DNA of 64,000 nucleotides from Chiloscyllium plagiosum (Eukaryota): assembly GCF_004010195.1 (NCBI RefSeq), contig NC_057755.1:1229306-1293305 (forward strand). Reading direction: 5' to 3'. Below, in pieces: positions 10,265 to 23,487 of this stretch (within the stretch, counting starts at the first letter, position 1; every line of letters begins with the position of its first letter). The translations under genes and the position numbers were made by a program. Under the pieces are notes generated by a model. The model was given only the letters and a program-made list of their open reading frames with translations, had not been told where the DNA came from and ran no database searches.

Positions 10265-12530
10265 AAATGAGATAACAAAAATCCAGAGAAAGTATATTCC
10301 TGTCAGGGTGAAAGGGAAGGCTGGTAGGTACAGGGAATGCTCGATGACTAAAGAAATTGAGGGTTTGGTTAAGAAAAAGAAGGAAGCATATGTCAGGTAT
10401 AGATAGGATAGATCGAGTGAATCCTTAGAGTATAAAGAAAGTAGGAGTACACTTGAGGGAAATCAGGTGGGCGAAACAGGGACATGAGATAGCTTTGGCA
10501 AATAGAATTAAGGAGAATCCAAAGGGTTTTTACAAATCTATTAAGGACAAAAGGGTAACTAGGGAGAGAATTCCTGAAGAAGGGCATGTGCCCGAAACGT
10601 CGAATCTTCTGTTCCCTAGATGCTGCCTGACCTGCTGTGCTGTTCCAGCAATAAAGTTTCAGCTTTGATCTCCAGCGTCTGCACACCTCACTTTCTCCCC
10701 TCAAAGATCAGCAAGGTGCCCTTTGTGTGGAGCCACAGAAAATTGGGGGGATACTAAATGAATATTTTGCATCAGTATTTACTGTGGAAAAGGATACGGA
10801 AGATATAGACTGTAGGGAAATAGATGGTGACATCTTGCAAAATGTCCAGATTACAGAGGAGGAAGTGCTGGATGTCTTGAAACGGTTAAAAGTGGATAAA
10901 TCCCCAGGACCTGTTCAGGTGTACCCGAGAACTCGGTGGGAAGCTAGAGAAGTAATTGCTGGGCCTCTTGCTGAGATATTTGTATCATCAATAGTCACAG
11001 GTGAGGTGCTGGAAGACTGGGGGTTGGCAAACATGGTACCACTATTTAAGAAGGGCGGTAAAGACAAGCTAGGACAAATGTTCGGCACGACATCGTGGGC
11101 CGAAGGGCCTGTTCTGTGCTGTATTGTTCTATGTTCTAAGCCAGGGAACTATAGACCAGTGAGCCTGACCTCCGTGGTGGACAAGTTGTTGGTGGGAATC
11201 CTGAGGGACAGGATGTACATGTATTTGGAAAGGAAAGGACTGATTTGGGATAGTCAACATGGCTTTGTGCGTGGGAAATCATGTATCACAAACTTGATTT
11301 AGTGTTTTGAAGAAGTAACAAAGAAGATTGATGAGGGCAGAGCAGTAGATGTGATCTATATGGACTTCAATAAGGCATTCGACAAGGTTCCCCATGGGAG
11401 ACTGATTAGCAAGGTTAGATCTGATGGAATACAGGGAGAACTAACCATTTGGATACAGAACTGGCTCAAAGGTAGAAGACAGAGGGTGATGGTGGAGCGT
11501 TGTTTTTCAGACTGGAGGCCTGTTACCAAGTGAGTGCCACAAGGATAGGTGCTCGCATCCAAAACATAAATGATTTGGATGCGAGCATAAGAGGTACAGT
11601 TAGTAAGTTTGCAGATGACACCAAAATTGGAGGTGTAGTGGACAGCGAAGAGGGTTACCTCCGACTACAACAGGATCTGGAGCAGATGGGCCAATGGGCT
11701 GAGAAGTGGCAGATGGAGATTAATTCAGATAAATGCGAGGTGCTGCAATTTGGGAAAGCAAATCTTAGCTGGACTTATACACTTCATGGCAATGTCCTAC
11801 GGAGTGTTGCTGAACAAAGAGACCTTGTAGTGTAGCTTCATAGCTCCTTGAAAGTGGAGTCACAGGTAGACAGGATAGTGAAGAAGGCGTTTGGTACGCT
11901 TTCCTTTATTGGTCAGAGTATTGATACAGTCGTTGGGAAGTCATGTTGCAGCTGTACAGGACATTGGTTAGGCCATTGTTGCAATATTGTGTGCTGTTCT
12001 TCTCTCCTTCCTAGCGGAAAGATGTTGTGAAACTTGAAAGGGTTCAGAAAATATTTACAAGGATGTTGCCAGGGTTGGAGGATCTGAACTACCGGGAGAG
12101 GCTGAACAGGCTGGGGCTGTTTTCCCTGGAGCGTTGGAGGCTGAGGGGTGACCTTAATAGAGTATTACAAAATTGAGGGGCATGGATAGGATAAATAGAT
12201 AGTCTTTTCCCTGGGGTCGGGGAGTCCAGAACTAGAGGGCATAGGTTTAGGGTGAGAGGGGAAAAATATAAAAGAGACCTAAGTGTCAAGTTTTTCTCAC
12301 ACAGGGTGGTGCATGTATGGAATGAGCTCCCAGAGGAAGTGGTGGAGGCTGGTACAATTTCAACATTTAAGAGGCATTTGGATTGGTATATGAAAAGGAA
12401 GGGTTTGGAGGGATATGGACTGGGTGCTGGCAGGTGGGACTAGATTGGGTTGGGATATCTGGTCAGCATGGACAGGTTGGACTGAAGAGTCTGTTTCCAA
12501 ACTGCACATCTCTGAATCTATGACTCTAAG
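10265..12530 (+). mobile_element. CR1/HER1 LINE, 5'-truncated ORF2 with 3' UTR
   Basis: ORFs give LNEYFASVFT, DKSPGP, GNYRPVSLTS, SQHGFVRGKSC, DFNKAFDKVPH and KFADDTK; stops and frameshifts. Confidence 0.95.
10571..10699 (+). mobile_element. Family A hammerhead element inserted in CR1
   Basis: attc-CTGAAGA-a-GGGCA-tg-TGCCC-GAAACGTC-gaat; interrupts the CR1 between agggagagaa and cctcaaagatcag. Confidence 0.85.
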
Positions 12531-12721
12531 TCATCCTTCAGTTCACTAGCTCACACAGTACACTGGTTGTGGCCAGCCAGCTTAGAGTCAGTCCATCGAA
12601 TTGAGGAGATTGTAATCTCCTGGTGAAGTTAGTCCACGTCGACTTTCCTTGTTAGCTCAGGTTAACAACCCTAATCAAGAATGTGATAGTCAAAGAGGTC
12701 AAACTGGTTCCAATCACTACA
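12530..12721 (-). mobile_element. Probable LTR fragment
   Basis: Ends ...aatcactaca (TGTAGTGATT on minus); 12575-12630 resembles 9505-9565. Confidence 0.4.
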
Positions 12722-13369
12722 AGGTTACAATTGTCTATGTCTGTACACAAAGTGAGCCGGTCTTAAACGTTTGGTAGACTGAACTCTTAGAAAAAATCTG
12801 CATGCCCTCACCTCTTATGCACCTTACACATTCCATTTGTAATATGCACAAGTTGTAAGCCGATGTTATTCATTTCCCACAGTATATTATGGCAAGGTAA
12901 AGTCACTGTAGTCTTACCAGACTATAGGGATGCTGTCCAGTTAGGGAAAGACAACTTGTGGTGGTTTGACCTGAGGGTCACAGTTCCTCAGTGGAGGGGA
13001 GAAATTGAGATGGCGAGTCTTTCGTGGTAACCTCAGCCCGTGTGGGGATTGAAGTCACACTGTTGGTGTCATTCTGCATTGCAAAGCCGTCCAAATTAAG
13101 CAGCCAACTCAAGACCTCATTGTCCTTCTGCTTCTTATCAGACTGACACCAACAGTGTGGCTTCAATCCATCCTTGTTTTTTACCTCTCACTCTGTGGCC
13201 TATTTCTTTGCCAATGTATTTTGAACAAACACTTTTTTATTTTACAACAAATGCTTCTCACTGAATCTGTATTTAATCCTTTCAGCTTTAACCATTTCAA
13301 GATCTATTAAGAAAAAAACAGATTGTGTACAATTGTCAATTCTGCCAGATATTATCAGGAAGGTCATAT

Positions 13370-15030
13370 TGAAGCTGTACAGGACTTTGGTTGGGCCATA
13401 TCTGGAGTACAGTGGCAGTTCTGGCCCCCACACTATAAAAATGATGGTATTGCACTGGAGGGGCTGCAGAGGAGATTAACCAGGGAGTTCCCTGGGATGG
13501 AGCATTTCGGTGGTGAAGAGAAACTGGATAAGCTCAGCTTTTTCTTTACAGCAGCTAAGGCTCCTGATAGAGGTATATGAGAACATGAGCACCATGGACA
13601 GTCATGGAATCATGGAGATGTATAGCACGGAAACAGACCCTTTTGTCCAACTCGTTCATGCTGAACAGATATCCCAACCTAATTTAGTCCCATTTGCCAG
13701 AACTTGGCCCATATCCCGCTATACCCTTCCTATTCATATGCCCATCCAGAAGCCTTTTAAATAATGCAATTGTACCAGAGTCCACCACTTCCTCTGGCAG
13801 CTCATTCCATACACGCACTACCATCTGTGTGAAAAAGTTGCCCCTTAGGTCCTTTTATATCTTTCCCTTCTCACCTTCAATTTATGCTGTCTAGTGTTGG
13901 ACTCCCTCCCCCCTCCCACCCCCCACCCCAGGGAAAAGACTTTGTCTATTTATTCTATCCATGCCTCTCATGAATTTATAAACCTCTGAGGTTACCCCTC
14001 AGCCTCCAACGCTCCAGGGAAGACAGCCCCAGCCTATTTAGCCCCCCTCAGTGTGACGAAGCTGCTCCTTTCGCAACGTTATATTGTCCTTGGCTATTTT
14101 TCGGAGAGATCATATAAGGTGCAGGCTCTGAAAATTCTAAGATGATGGGCTTTAGGGCCAGTTTGATTATACCTAACAGATACGGCATTAAGCAACAGGC
14201 TTTCAAGTTTTTGCAAAAATAAACACTTGCACAATGAAAGGGGAATGGCCGGTTCTCCCAGCTCAGCTAATCACTAGTTTGGTTTGGGTTTTAGCAGTTG
14301 TGTTTAGAAGCTGCTGGACCCAAGGAATCAGGTCCAGGCCGGTACTCTCTTGCTGACTTCTCTCCTGTAAGACCCTGTGTTTGATTTTACCTTTTGTGCC
14401 ATAGGGTGTTTATGGGATTGTTGCAAGTGTGTGGAAAAGCTTCATTTAGTTGGGATGATCTGTTGGGTTTTCAGATAGGTTAAGTTATTCAATGTTCTGT
14501 TCTCTTTTGTTTTATGTTTCATTCGGTAATCTTTTAAAATAAATTCTGTTTTGTTTAAAACTAAGTTGTTTGACCGACTGCATCCCTCCTGGAATATCCA
14601 CATTACGCCTGCTTAAAACAACCAGCAAATGTAGGGTCTGGGCTAACTTCTTGATATGTTTTGAGGGGGTCTGACCTGGTCCATAACAGCATGGTGGATA
14701 GGAAGCGACTGTTTCCCCTTATTTAAAGCTATAATAATGAGAGAATATACTTTTCAAGTGAAAAGCAGGAAGTTGAGAGGGGATTTGAGAAAAATCAATG
14801 TCACCCAGATGGTGGTGGGAGCCTGGAAAGAACGGCCTCGGATGGTAGTTGAGTCAGAAAACAGCACAATCTTTAGAAAGTACTTGGATGAGCACTTGAA
14901 GTATCATAACATTTAACGTTATGGGTCAAGCTCTGGAAATTGGGACTGGTGCAGATGTGGAGCAGTTTTTTTTGTTGGGACAGACTCAATGGGCTGAAGA
15001 TCCTTTCATCTATTGTATGATTCTATGATG
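13370..15030 (+). mobile_element. Old CR1 3' part interrupted by a minus CR1 tail (13601-14047) and a solo LTR
   Basis: QFWPPHYKNDGIALEGLQRRLTR before 13600; the 3' end resumes at 14689. Confidence 0.75.
14052..14688. mobile_element. Solo LTR
   Basis: TGTGACG...CATAACA termini, internal AATAAA; interrupts CR1 sequence; no clean TSD seen. Confidence 0.6.
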
Positions 15031-15411
15031 TGAATTTCTGCTCTTGTAGAGTTGACACAGTGCAAGGTTGGAAGACTTCCTGCTGTATTGTAACATTCCA
15101 TGATTCCTTCATTCAGAATATTCCCTTCCTGACTGTGTTTGAGTTCTGAGTTGTTCTATTTCTGAGTGAATCCCATGTTTTGAAGTGAGTAAGAGAAACA
15201 AGTGGATGTTATTGTCAGTCAACAGTCTGATGTCATCTTGGACACTTGAGCAGAGCAATATGTAGGTAAAACTCATGCAGATTTTCAATAATTCCTTACT
15301 TACCTGAAATAATATTTGATATTTTGCTTCAAATTTAATTTCACTCAATTATAGAACTTTCAGCTCATATTTAGAATTACTCAATCGAATACGGCGCATT
15401 AAACAGCCAAA

Positions 15412-15600
15412 TTTAAAATAACACAACACCAGGTTATAGTCCCAACAGGTTTATTTGAAAGCACTAGCTTTTGGAGTGCTGCTCATTCATCAGGTGGGAA
15501 CGTTCCGAAAGCTTGTGTTTCCAAATAAACCTGTTGGACTATAACTTGGTGTTGTGATTTTTCTTTTAAACTTTGTCCATCCCAGTCTAACACTGGAACC
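15412..15600. mobile_element. Family B hammerhead element with inverted halves
   Basis: Minus half (caggttatagtcccaacaggttta...ttcatcaggtgg) plus a plus half (ccgaaagcttgtg...); 13-bp TSD ttaaacagccaaa at 15399-15411 and 15601-15613. Confidence 0.8.
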
Positions 15601-15703
15601 TTAAACAGCCAAAGAATCCCATTACTGGGCAAATCATTTCCACACATTTTCTGTGGTTATCATGCACTTAGCTACTCAATGTACTTATGACTATTCTTTA
15701 CAG

Positions 15704-15876
15704 GAAATCGCTGAGCTCTCAGAGAAGGGAAACCAGACTGTGAGTTCCAATCTTCTGCTAAACCTGGTGATGGAGAAAAGTTCTCAGGCCCAAAGAGTGA
15801 TGTGGGGATCCTTTTGTGAAAATGCACCATGGGGTCCCAAATTTGGAGAAAATACTGAAAGAAATACAGGAACATG
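15704..15876 (+). pseudogene. NLR exon: death-fold-like domain, part 2 (frameshifted)
   Basis: tctttacag| acceptor; EIAELSEKGNQTVSSNLLLNLVMEKSSQAQRVMWGSF, then a +1 frameshift to VKMHHGVPNLEKILKEIQEHG; g|gtacag donor. Confidence 0.8.
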
Positions 15877-15976
15877 GTACAGTAAAACCTCAGTGAATTT
15901 AATTTCAGATTCAAACACTAGAGAATTGCTATGATAAATAACATATTATTTCATAAAATATAAATTGTTTACATAG

Positions 15977-16040
15977 GTTTCGATTCTTTTGATTCCATGA
16001 ATATTCAGAGATGCATCCGAACTATCTAATCACCTTAAAG
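15977..16040 (+). pseudogene. NLR short linker exon with mutated donor
   Basis: ttacatag| acceptor; GFDSFDSMNIQR/SELSNHLK; followed by aag|ttaagt, apparently gtaagt with G>T. Confidence 0.6.
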
Positions 16041-17705
16041 TTAAGTGATGAAATGCAATCAGTGTGTTCTTTGCAGACGTTTGTTTCAAGTTTCTCACAA
16101 TCTGCAAATCAAAACTACACTGAGGAGAAACTAGGAGTTGGTGTATTTTAGAACAGTCCTTAACTCTCAACAGCTCTGTCTGCAACTACTATTCATATGA
16201 TTTCTGATGTTTGTCCCATGAAAATTTATATACTGCATTATTTAATTTGATCAAGCGCTTGTGAAATAGTCCATGATCGCTATAGAGACTGATGTATTTT
16301 CAGAGAGAAATGAATTTACCAGCCAGCAATAGAAGTGAACCAAAAGTTAAGAATTGCAATTTCAGACTTGCACTGTTACAAACAAAAACTAACATAGATA
16401 GGACATTGCTCAACAGGGAAGTAAACACCAAGTTTTTTTTATTAAACAATCAAATTGTATCTTAAAATTTCTTTTGTGTTTCTGGTATTTCCCTCCATAC
16501 ATTCTGCCTCTCTCGCAGATTTACGGACATGAGAAATCTGAGCAGGAAAAGAGTATTCAGCCCTTTGCCTCTGTCCGAAGGGATCACGCTGATCTTCAAC
16601 TTCATTTCCCTGCATTATTGCGCTATCTCCTGATGTTTTGATTGTGTAGAAATTTACTAGCCTGTGTCTTGACCATAATCAGCAACTGATCCAAAGATTC
16701 ACTACACTCTAAATGAAGAGATTCCTCTGTATCTCACTCCTTTTTCTGAAACTGTGACTCCATGGTGCTAGAAACATTGAAGCTTTTTACTTTGTCCTTC
16801 CCTGGAATTGGCCATTTGGGAGCTGAGAAAGAGAGTTGAGAAAGACCTGACGGGGAAACACATTTGGCTCATTCGAACAAAGTTGGAAGAGTTTTGTCTA
16901 AAGTCTTGTGGATATGGCTATAAGCAGGATACGAGCAAATGTTTAACAGTTCTGTTGTTGAATCCAGAGGAAATGACAGCGGCAGCGCTGATGGAATTTG
17001 AGCAGTGTTCTTATAAATCACTGATTCACACGCTGCTGTCTCATTGCAGTACAGGGGTGTGCGAATGAGCACTCCTCTCTCACTTGGACATTGTTGACCT
17101 GCAGAGATCTCTGCTGACTTTGCTGTAGTTTATAGAAGGCTGGGCTGGAGTAAATGATCTGGTGTTGGATCTCCTCACCCATGGTGCTCTTTTGAGAGAA
17201 GGTGCTGCCAAGTTATCTTTGAATCAGTTGCTGATTATGGTCAAGGTTCAGGCTGGTAAATTTCTACAAATTCAAAACATCAGGAGGTAGAGCAATAATG
17301 CAGGAAATAGGAGGTGCTCAACATATTCCAGAGTATTCCCTTCAACATGCATGGCTGATCAGTTGTGAGTGGATACACTTTTGGGGGGGGGGAGCATTTT
17401 GGGACAGGGCTGGTTTGTTTAAATTTAAATAACTTTTGAATCTAATGTAAAGTCATCAAGGAAATCATAAAATCATTGATTGTTACAGGCCATTCAGCCC
17501 ATTGCATCTGTACTGACTCCTGAAAGAGCTACCCAGCAGTCCCCTACTCCAGCTCTATGTTTGTAATCCTCTAAATTAACCCCTTTCGAATATATATATT
17601 CAGCTCTGTTTTGAAACCTCCAATGGAATTCACCTCCACCACTCTCTCAGGTAGGGCATTCCCTACCCTGTCAAAGTTGTCCGTAATTTTGAACTTTCTA
17701 AAATT

Positions 17706-18242
17706 CATTTGTGGGATGTGGGTGTTGCTGGCTGCATCCAATATTTATTGCCTATCCCTATTTGCCCCTTGAGAAGATGGGGGTGAGCTGCCTTCTTGAA
17801 CCGCTGCAGTCCATGTGCTGTGGGTTGACCCACAATGCCTTTAGGGAGGGAATTCCAGGATTCTGACTGAGCAACAGTAGGAACGGCAATATATTTCCAA
17901 CTCAAGATGGTGAGTGGCTTGGAGGGGAACTTGTAGGGGATGGTGTTCCCACGTCTTTGCTGGCCTTGTCCTTCTAGAACAAAGTAGTCCTGGGTTTGGA
18001 AAGTGCTGTCTGAGAGTCTTTGGTGAATTTCTGCAGTGCATGTTGTAGATAATATACACTGCTGCTAGTGAGCGTCACTGCGGGGAGAGCTGGGCTGGTG
18101 GCGGCAGGGAGTAGATGCTTGTGGATGTGGTGCCAATCAAGCAGAAGCTGCTTTGCCCTGGATGGTGTCAAGCTTCTTGAGTGTTGTTGCAGCTGCACCC
18201 AATCAGGCAAGTGGGGAGTATTCCATCACACTCCTGACTTGT
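17706..18242 (-). mobile_element. CR1/L2-group LINE 3' end (same family as 6015-7060)
   Basis: SWNSLPKGIVG...GLQRFKKAAHPHLLKG on minus; nucleotide match to 6015-6420. Confidence 0.8.
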
Positions 18243-18369
18243 AGAAAGTGAGGATTGCAGATGCTGGAGATCAGAGTCCAGAGTGTGGTGCTGTAAAAAC
18301 CCAGCAGGCCAGGCAGCATCCGAGGAGCAGGAGAATCAACATTTTAGGCATAAGCCCTTCTTCAGGAAT
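18243..18369 (-). mobile_element. Family A element
   Basis: agaaagtgagg...ggcataagcccttcttcaggaa; core partly mutated. Confidence 0.8.
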
Positions 18370-19277
18370 CAGATTCTGATCTTAAAGTTCCATGAATAAA
18401 TCTGAAATTAAGTGTTTGGTAACGATTGTGAAACAATCATTAATTGTCATTTTAAAAAATCCATTGGTCACCCATCCTTTATGAAAGGAAATTTGATTCT
18501 CACTTGTTTTGGTATATATGGGATTCCAAACCTGCAGAACCAGTTTGGTTGATTCTTAACTGACCTTTGGAATACTCAAATAAGTCAATAAGTCTTCTAG
18601 GAAATTAGGATGCTACTGTTGAACATTCCTATGAAAAGAATTTATAATGGGAAACGTTGATATCTTAGGCCAGAGTTGCACATGTATATGTTGACAGTGC
18701 TTCAGTATCTTAGGGGATCACTCCTCAAGTTTTGCTTTCACTTTAGACCCACACTCCTGACATTTGGTCACTGCAAGGCAGACAGTTCAAAGGATCTCCT
18801 TTTTAGCTTGCTCTTAAGCCTGCCCATGGTGCCCATTAATAGGTCCAGACAGTGGGCAGTTGAGAGGGTCTTACCCCTGTTTCCTGCTTCCATCTATACC
18901 CGGTGATGCTGGAGACAGATTGGGAAATGTTCTCCAATACACTTGAGGCCTTCTGCAACCGTTAGAGCACATCATCATCCCTCAAAACAACATTTCAAAT
19001 TAATCTTGTTAAATTTGCTTTCAAGATTTATTTTTGCTACAGTGTCTCTTTAAGGCATTGATCATTTGATGAATTGTCTATTTTATTGCTTAACTTTAGT
19101 GTGCCCTGTCTCTTGAGCAAAAAGTTCCACGCCAGATCATGAGGACCAAACGGACTGCATTCATAGCGTGGCTAAGCAGGTTAATCATTAACCTTTTAAT
19201 TCCTTTCGGTCTTAATTTAGATCCTCATTCCCAATGCAGTCTGTTTGGGACCTGTCTTGTTGTCCTATCCATTGCTG

Positions 19278-19400
19278 GGAGAAAGTGAGGACTGCAGATG
19301 CTGGAGATCAGAGCTGAAAATGTGTTGCTGGAAAAGCGCATCAGGCCAGGCAGCATCCAAGGAGCAGGAGAATCAACGTTTCGGGCATGAGCCCTTCTTC
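19278..19400 (-). mobile_element. Family A element with 13-bp TSD
   Basis: ctatccattgctg at 19265-19277 and 19400-19412. Confidence 0.85.
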
Positions 19401-19749
19401 TATCCATTGCTGAAGCTTGTAGCAGTGTGGGATGAACCCACCCTTAGAAAGAAATCCGAAGATGTACAATGAGACTTTCGGGATACTGAGTGTTTGGAAG
19501 GAAGCAGACATTTGTAATCTTGCAGTGTGTCAATAAATCCAGTAATGGGTTAAAGATTAGCATCTGCTACTTCATTAACTGACTTTGAAACAAAGTAACC
19601 CATTTTCAATAAGTATTGAGTCAAAGAAATATTGTTCAGTCATTGTTCAATTTCAAACATTTAAGAAAATTTTGACATGCACCTGTATTGAAAATGTGAA
19701 TGAAACCTTAAATGATTTTATTAAATCATTAACTCTGCTCTAATTGAAG

Positions 19750-21445
19750 AAACTCAACAGAAACGCAAGGAAACGCTCCGTGTCCAAACTGAAACACTGC
19801 GAGTGAACACTGTTCTAATAAAGGAGAAGGTGAAGATTTTCCGTCTGGGTCTGGTTGTTCAATACACTGAGCTAACAGTTATTTCCACTGTTCGAGATCA
19901 GAAACTTGTAGAACATGAACTGATAGCAAGAGGCCGAGACCATGAACAGTGGCGAAAAACATCTCTGGAGAGAAGTGGAAAAGATCCAAGCTGATCAACT
20001 GTTCTGTCGCAATTTTTCTCCTCGGAAATCTAACACTGGAAGCTCAGCAGTGGTGAGTGGAGTCCCGGGAATTGGAAAATGAACAGTGGTATAAAAATGA
20101 TTTATGACTGGGCCACTGGGAAAATATACCCAGAGTTCCAATTTGTATTCAGTTTTAAATTCCAGGATTTGAACATTTTCAACTGTCAGATAAACCTGAG
20201 GAATCTGGTATTGGATCAGTATCCTTATTTTGGGAGTGTTCTGGGAGAACTCAGGAAGAACCCAGAGGGTTTGCTCTTCATATTTGATGGTTTGGATGAA
20301 TTCAAGGACAGTATTTCTGACAGTGAAGTTCATGTGCACTGATCCTGAGTGCTGGTGTAATGTATCTGACATTGTGTACAGTTTAATCCAGCACAAGCTG
20401 CTCCCTCGATATTCAGTGCTAGTGATCAGCTGTCCCATTGCATTGTATTTATTGGAAAAGACTGAGCTCAGCGTCTGGGCTGAAATCCTGGGCTTTGTTG
20501 AGAATGAGCAGAAGGAATATTTCAGCAGGTTTTTCGAGGATCAGGTTGTGGCAACAGCTGTTTTCAAACACGTGGAGGCGAACAAGATCCTGTACACCAT
20601 GTGCTACAATCCTTCATAGTGTTGGATCCTCAGTCTCTCACTGGGTCCCTTCTTCACACAGAGAAAGGAAATAGCAGCAAGTTCCCAAGACCATCACCCA
20701 ACTATATTCCTACCATATTTACAACATTCTGAAAAACCATGGCTGGGAGATCGGAGACCCCTGTGATCTGTTCCTGAAGCTTGATGAGATTTCTTTCACT
20801 GGTGTGTCTGAGAAGAATATTGTGTTTAGAAATGGAGATTTGATCCAATACAACCTGCATGCTTCGCAGTTCTTATCAGCGCTCCTGATGGAATTTTTTG
20901 GAGATGATTCTGTCCAGGATGTGGTTTACACATTCCCACATCTCACCATCCAAGAGTTTGTAGTTGGACGCACACAATTCCTGATTCCAGTCTCTGGGCA
21001 TTAAGAAGCTCCTCAGTGAAGCCCACAGTAAGGATGATGGGCGATTTGAGATACTTCTCAGTTTTATTGATGGTCTCACCTCCTGACAGGCAGCTGAGCC
21101 CTTGGAGGAGTTCCTGGGTCTACTTGATAAGCAGACAATCCGTCAAGTGATTAACTGGGTGAAGGAGAAGATTAAAGAACAAATTGGATGTGAAAGGAGT
21201 GAAATTTGTAAAAGGAAAATCCTGAACACGTTCCACTACCTGTTCGAGGGTCAGAGTAGAAGCATAGTGAGGCCTACAGAAACATTTACATTTATTCGAC
21301 TGAAATTGACCCATATTGACTGTGCAGTGTTGTCCCATGTCATTGGACTCTGTGATAAAATAAATGAACTAAATTTAGAGGAATGTAATATCGCAGAGGA
21401 AGGATTTCATCGACTGGTATCTGTACTTAACAATTACCTCAACAC
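19750..21445 (+). pseudogene. NLR FISNA-NACHT-HD exon, disrupted
   Basis: YTELTVIS; Walker A GVPGIGK followed by TGA; Walker B LLFIFDGLDEF; MCYNPS*; winged-helix YTFPHLTIQEF; LNTFHYLFE; LRR LNLEECNI; several stops and frameshifts. Confidence 0.92.
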
Positions 21446-23487
21446 CTGGCATTTGTTATCTGTTTTCATGGATTATTGTGCCAGAACAAAATCTCTTCAA
21501 CGAAACCAGATAAAGGAGAGTTAACCCAAGTTATGCAATTAAAATGAAAATTTGGACATAAATTCCGAAGGAGTATGGAATATAAATTTGATTCTTTCCA
21601 AAAAAAAGTGTCGCTAACAACATTTTTGGGCTTGCCACAATAAAGCAACTTTCCGCCCCCTGACCTCAGCCCTATTTTCCTGCCCCTGCATTTTTGCCCA
21701 CCCCTAGATTTTTTGTACCCACCCACCTCTGCACTTTCCTCCAAACATTTCCCCCCCCCCCACCTTTGTCCTGGACTGATTGCCCCTCCCTCAAGCTGCC
21801 CCACTGCCATTTCTCCCTGCACCCCCATACTGGATATTAAAACCCCCTCTGTGCCTCCATTGTGTACAATATACCGCCCTCAATCCCCCCTCAGAGCCCT
21901 AGCTCCTGAGCTGAAGGGGGTGGGGGCCTCAGAGTAGTGCACTGACTAGCTGTGTGACTGTCTCATGCATAGCAAGATCCCAGACCGCCTCCTGCACTGC
22001 TCCCCACCCTCGGCTCAGTGAGAAAGGGGCTTTATCTCCCTCACCCCCACCCACTGTTTGGACGATGGGAGACACAGGAAACAGTAAGATCCCAGTGTGT
22101 TAACAGCATGTGCAGCACCCTACCCCAGGAACAGGAACAGCAGGACAGGGAGGGAGGGGGTATAGATCTAGGAAGGAGGCAGAGAAAAGAACGAGGTGAG
22201 GGACAGACAGACACAGAGACAGAGACAGAGGTAGGAAGAGAGAAAACTGCTTAAAGAAACAGGGGGAAAGGCAGAGTGTGAAACCAGGGAAAGAGAGAGA
22301 GAAAAACACCCAGAAAAAGACGACAATGGACAGAAAGATCCTAGGCAATGAAAGAGGGACATAGACTCTCAGGGACACAATCAAAGTACAAACAAGAGAG
22401 TGTAAAACCCAGAGAAAAGAGAACAGGACAGAGAGAGAGAGAGAGAGAGAGAGAGAATAAAACACTCTGGTGAGGCAAGGGGGGTGACACAGGAGGACAG
22501 AGGAATAGAGAGAGAACTCACTGGGAGAGACAAAGAAAACATCGAGAAAATGACAAAGGGCAGCCAGAGAGATACAACAGACAGCTAGTGAAGCGGGTGG
22601 GGGGAGCGCGCGGGGTGATGCTATTAGGCAGGTAACGTGGGCTCAGGCAGGAACAGCAAGATCCCACAGGGCTGACAGAGACAGAGAAAGGTGGGGGAAG
22701 AGTGAACAATTCCAACAGTTCTAGGAAAGAGGGAGGATCCAGAGAGTTGTAGGAAGGGAATCTACAGGGAAATGTGAACAGGGCAGAGATGGGAAGGATG
22801 GGGATTGAAGGAAAGTTGTGGAACAGACAGAGAATTGGGTACACGGAGGTCGAGATGGGAACTGTAGTGGGTGAGGGAGTCTGTCACATCTGTGGGATCG
22901 GACTGTGCAGCAGCTCCCTTGCCATCTGTTTACCCCTTTATCCTCTCCCAGCCCAGGACTCGCCCCTTGTGGTAAAAATCCCAGAGAAACAGACTGAACG
23001 CCACAACTCTTTTCTCCGAGAGTGTGTAAATGAAAGACAGGGAGACAGGACAGTTTCTGATTATTCTCTCGCTCTGTCTGGTTCTGGCTCTTGTCTGATG
23101 ATTCCTCACAGCAGAATGGATTTGATTCTCTGTCCCTGCACCGTCCCAAGTTTCAGCTCCCGGATCCAATCCCCACTTCAGGGTTTGGCGGCGGTGGTGG
23201 GGAGGAAACCGACAAAGAAATACAAATTGATTTCAAATAAAATTCAGTGGTAGCACCAAAAGCGTAGCAAGATCCCACTGCGCTCTGCCTTCCATAATCT
23301 CACACTTGACCAGTGATACTGGTTCAGTTTAATTATTGCATTGCATAACATCACAGCAACTTTGAATACAAAGTGATCACCATACAGCAGTTGACCAGAG
23401 GTAGAAATATTAATAAACACACACTTCAAAATCCCACAAGCAGCACTGTGATGACAGACAATCATGTGTGTCACTGTGTGTCACAGT

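Larger units (their letters stand above)
5615..21445 (+). pseudogene. NLR (NACHT, NLRP3/NLRC3-like) pseudogene with four recognisable exons
   Basis: Exons 5615-5778, 15704-15876, 15977-16040 and 19750-~21445 join in compatible phases into death-fold-like + FISNA + NACHT + first LRR; multiple stops and frameshifts. Confidence 0.9.
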
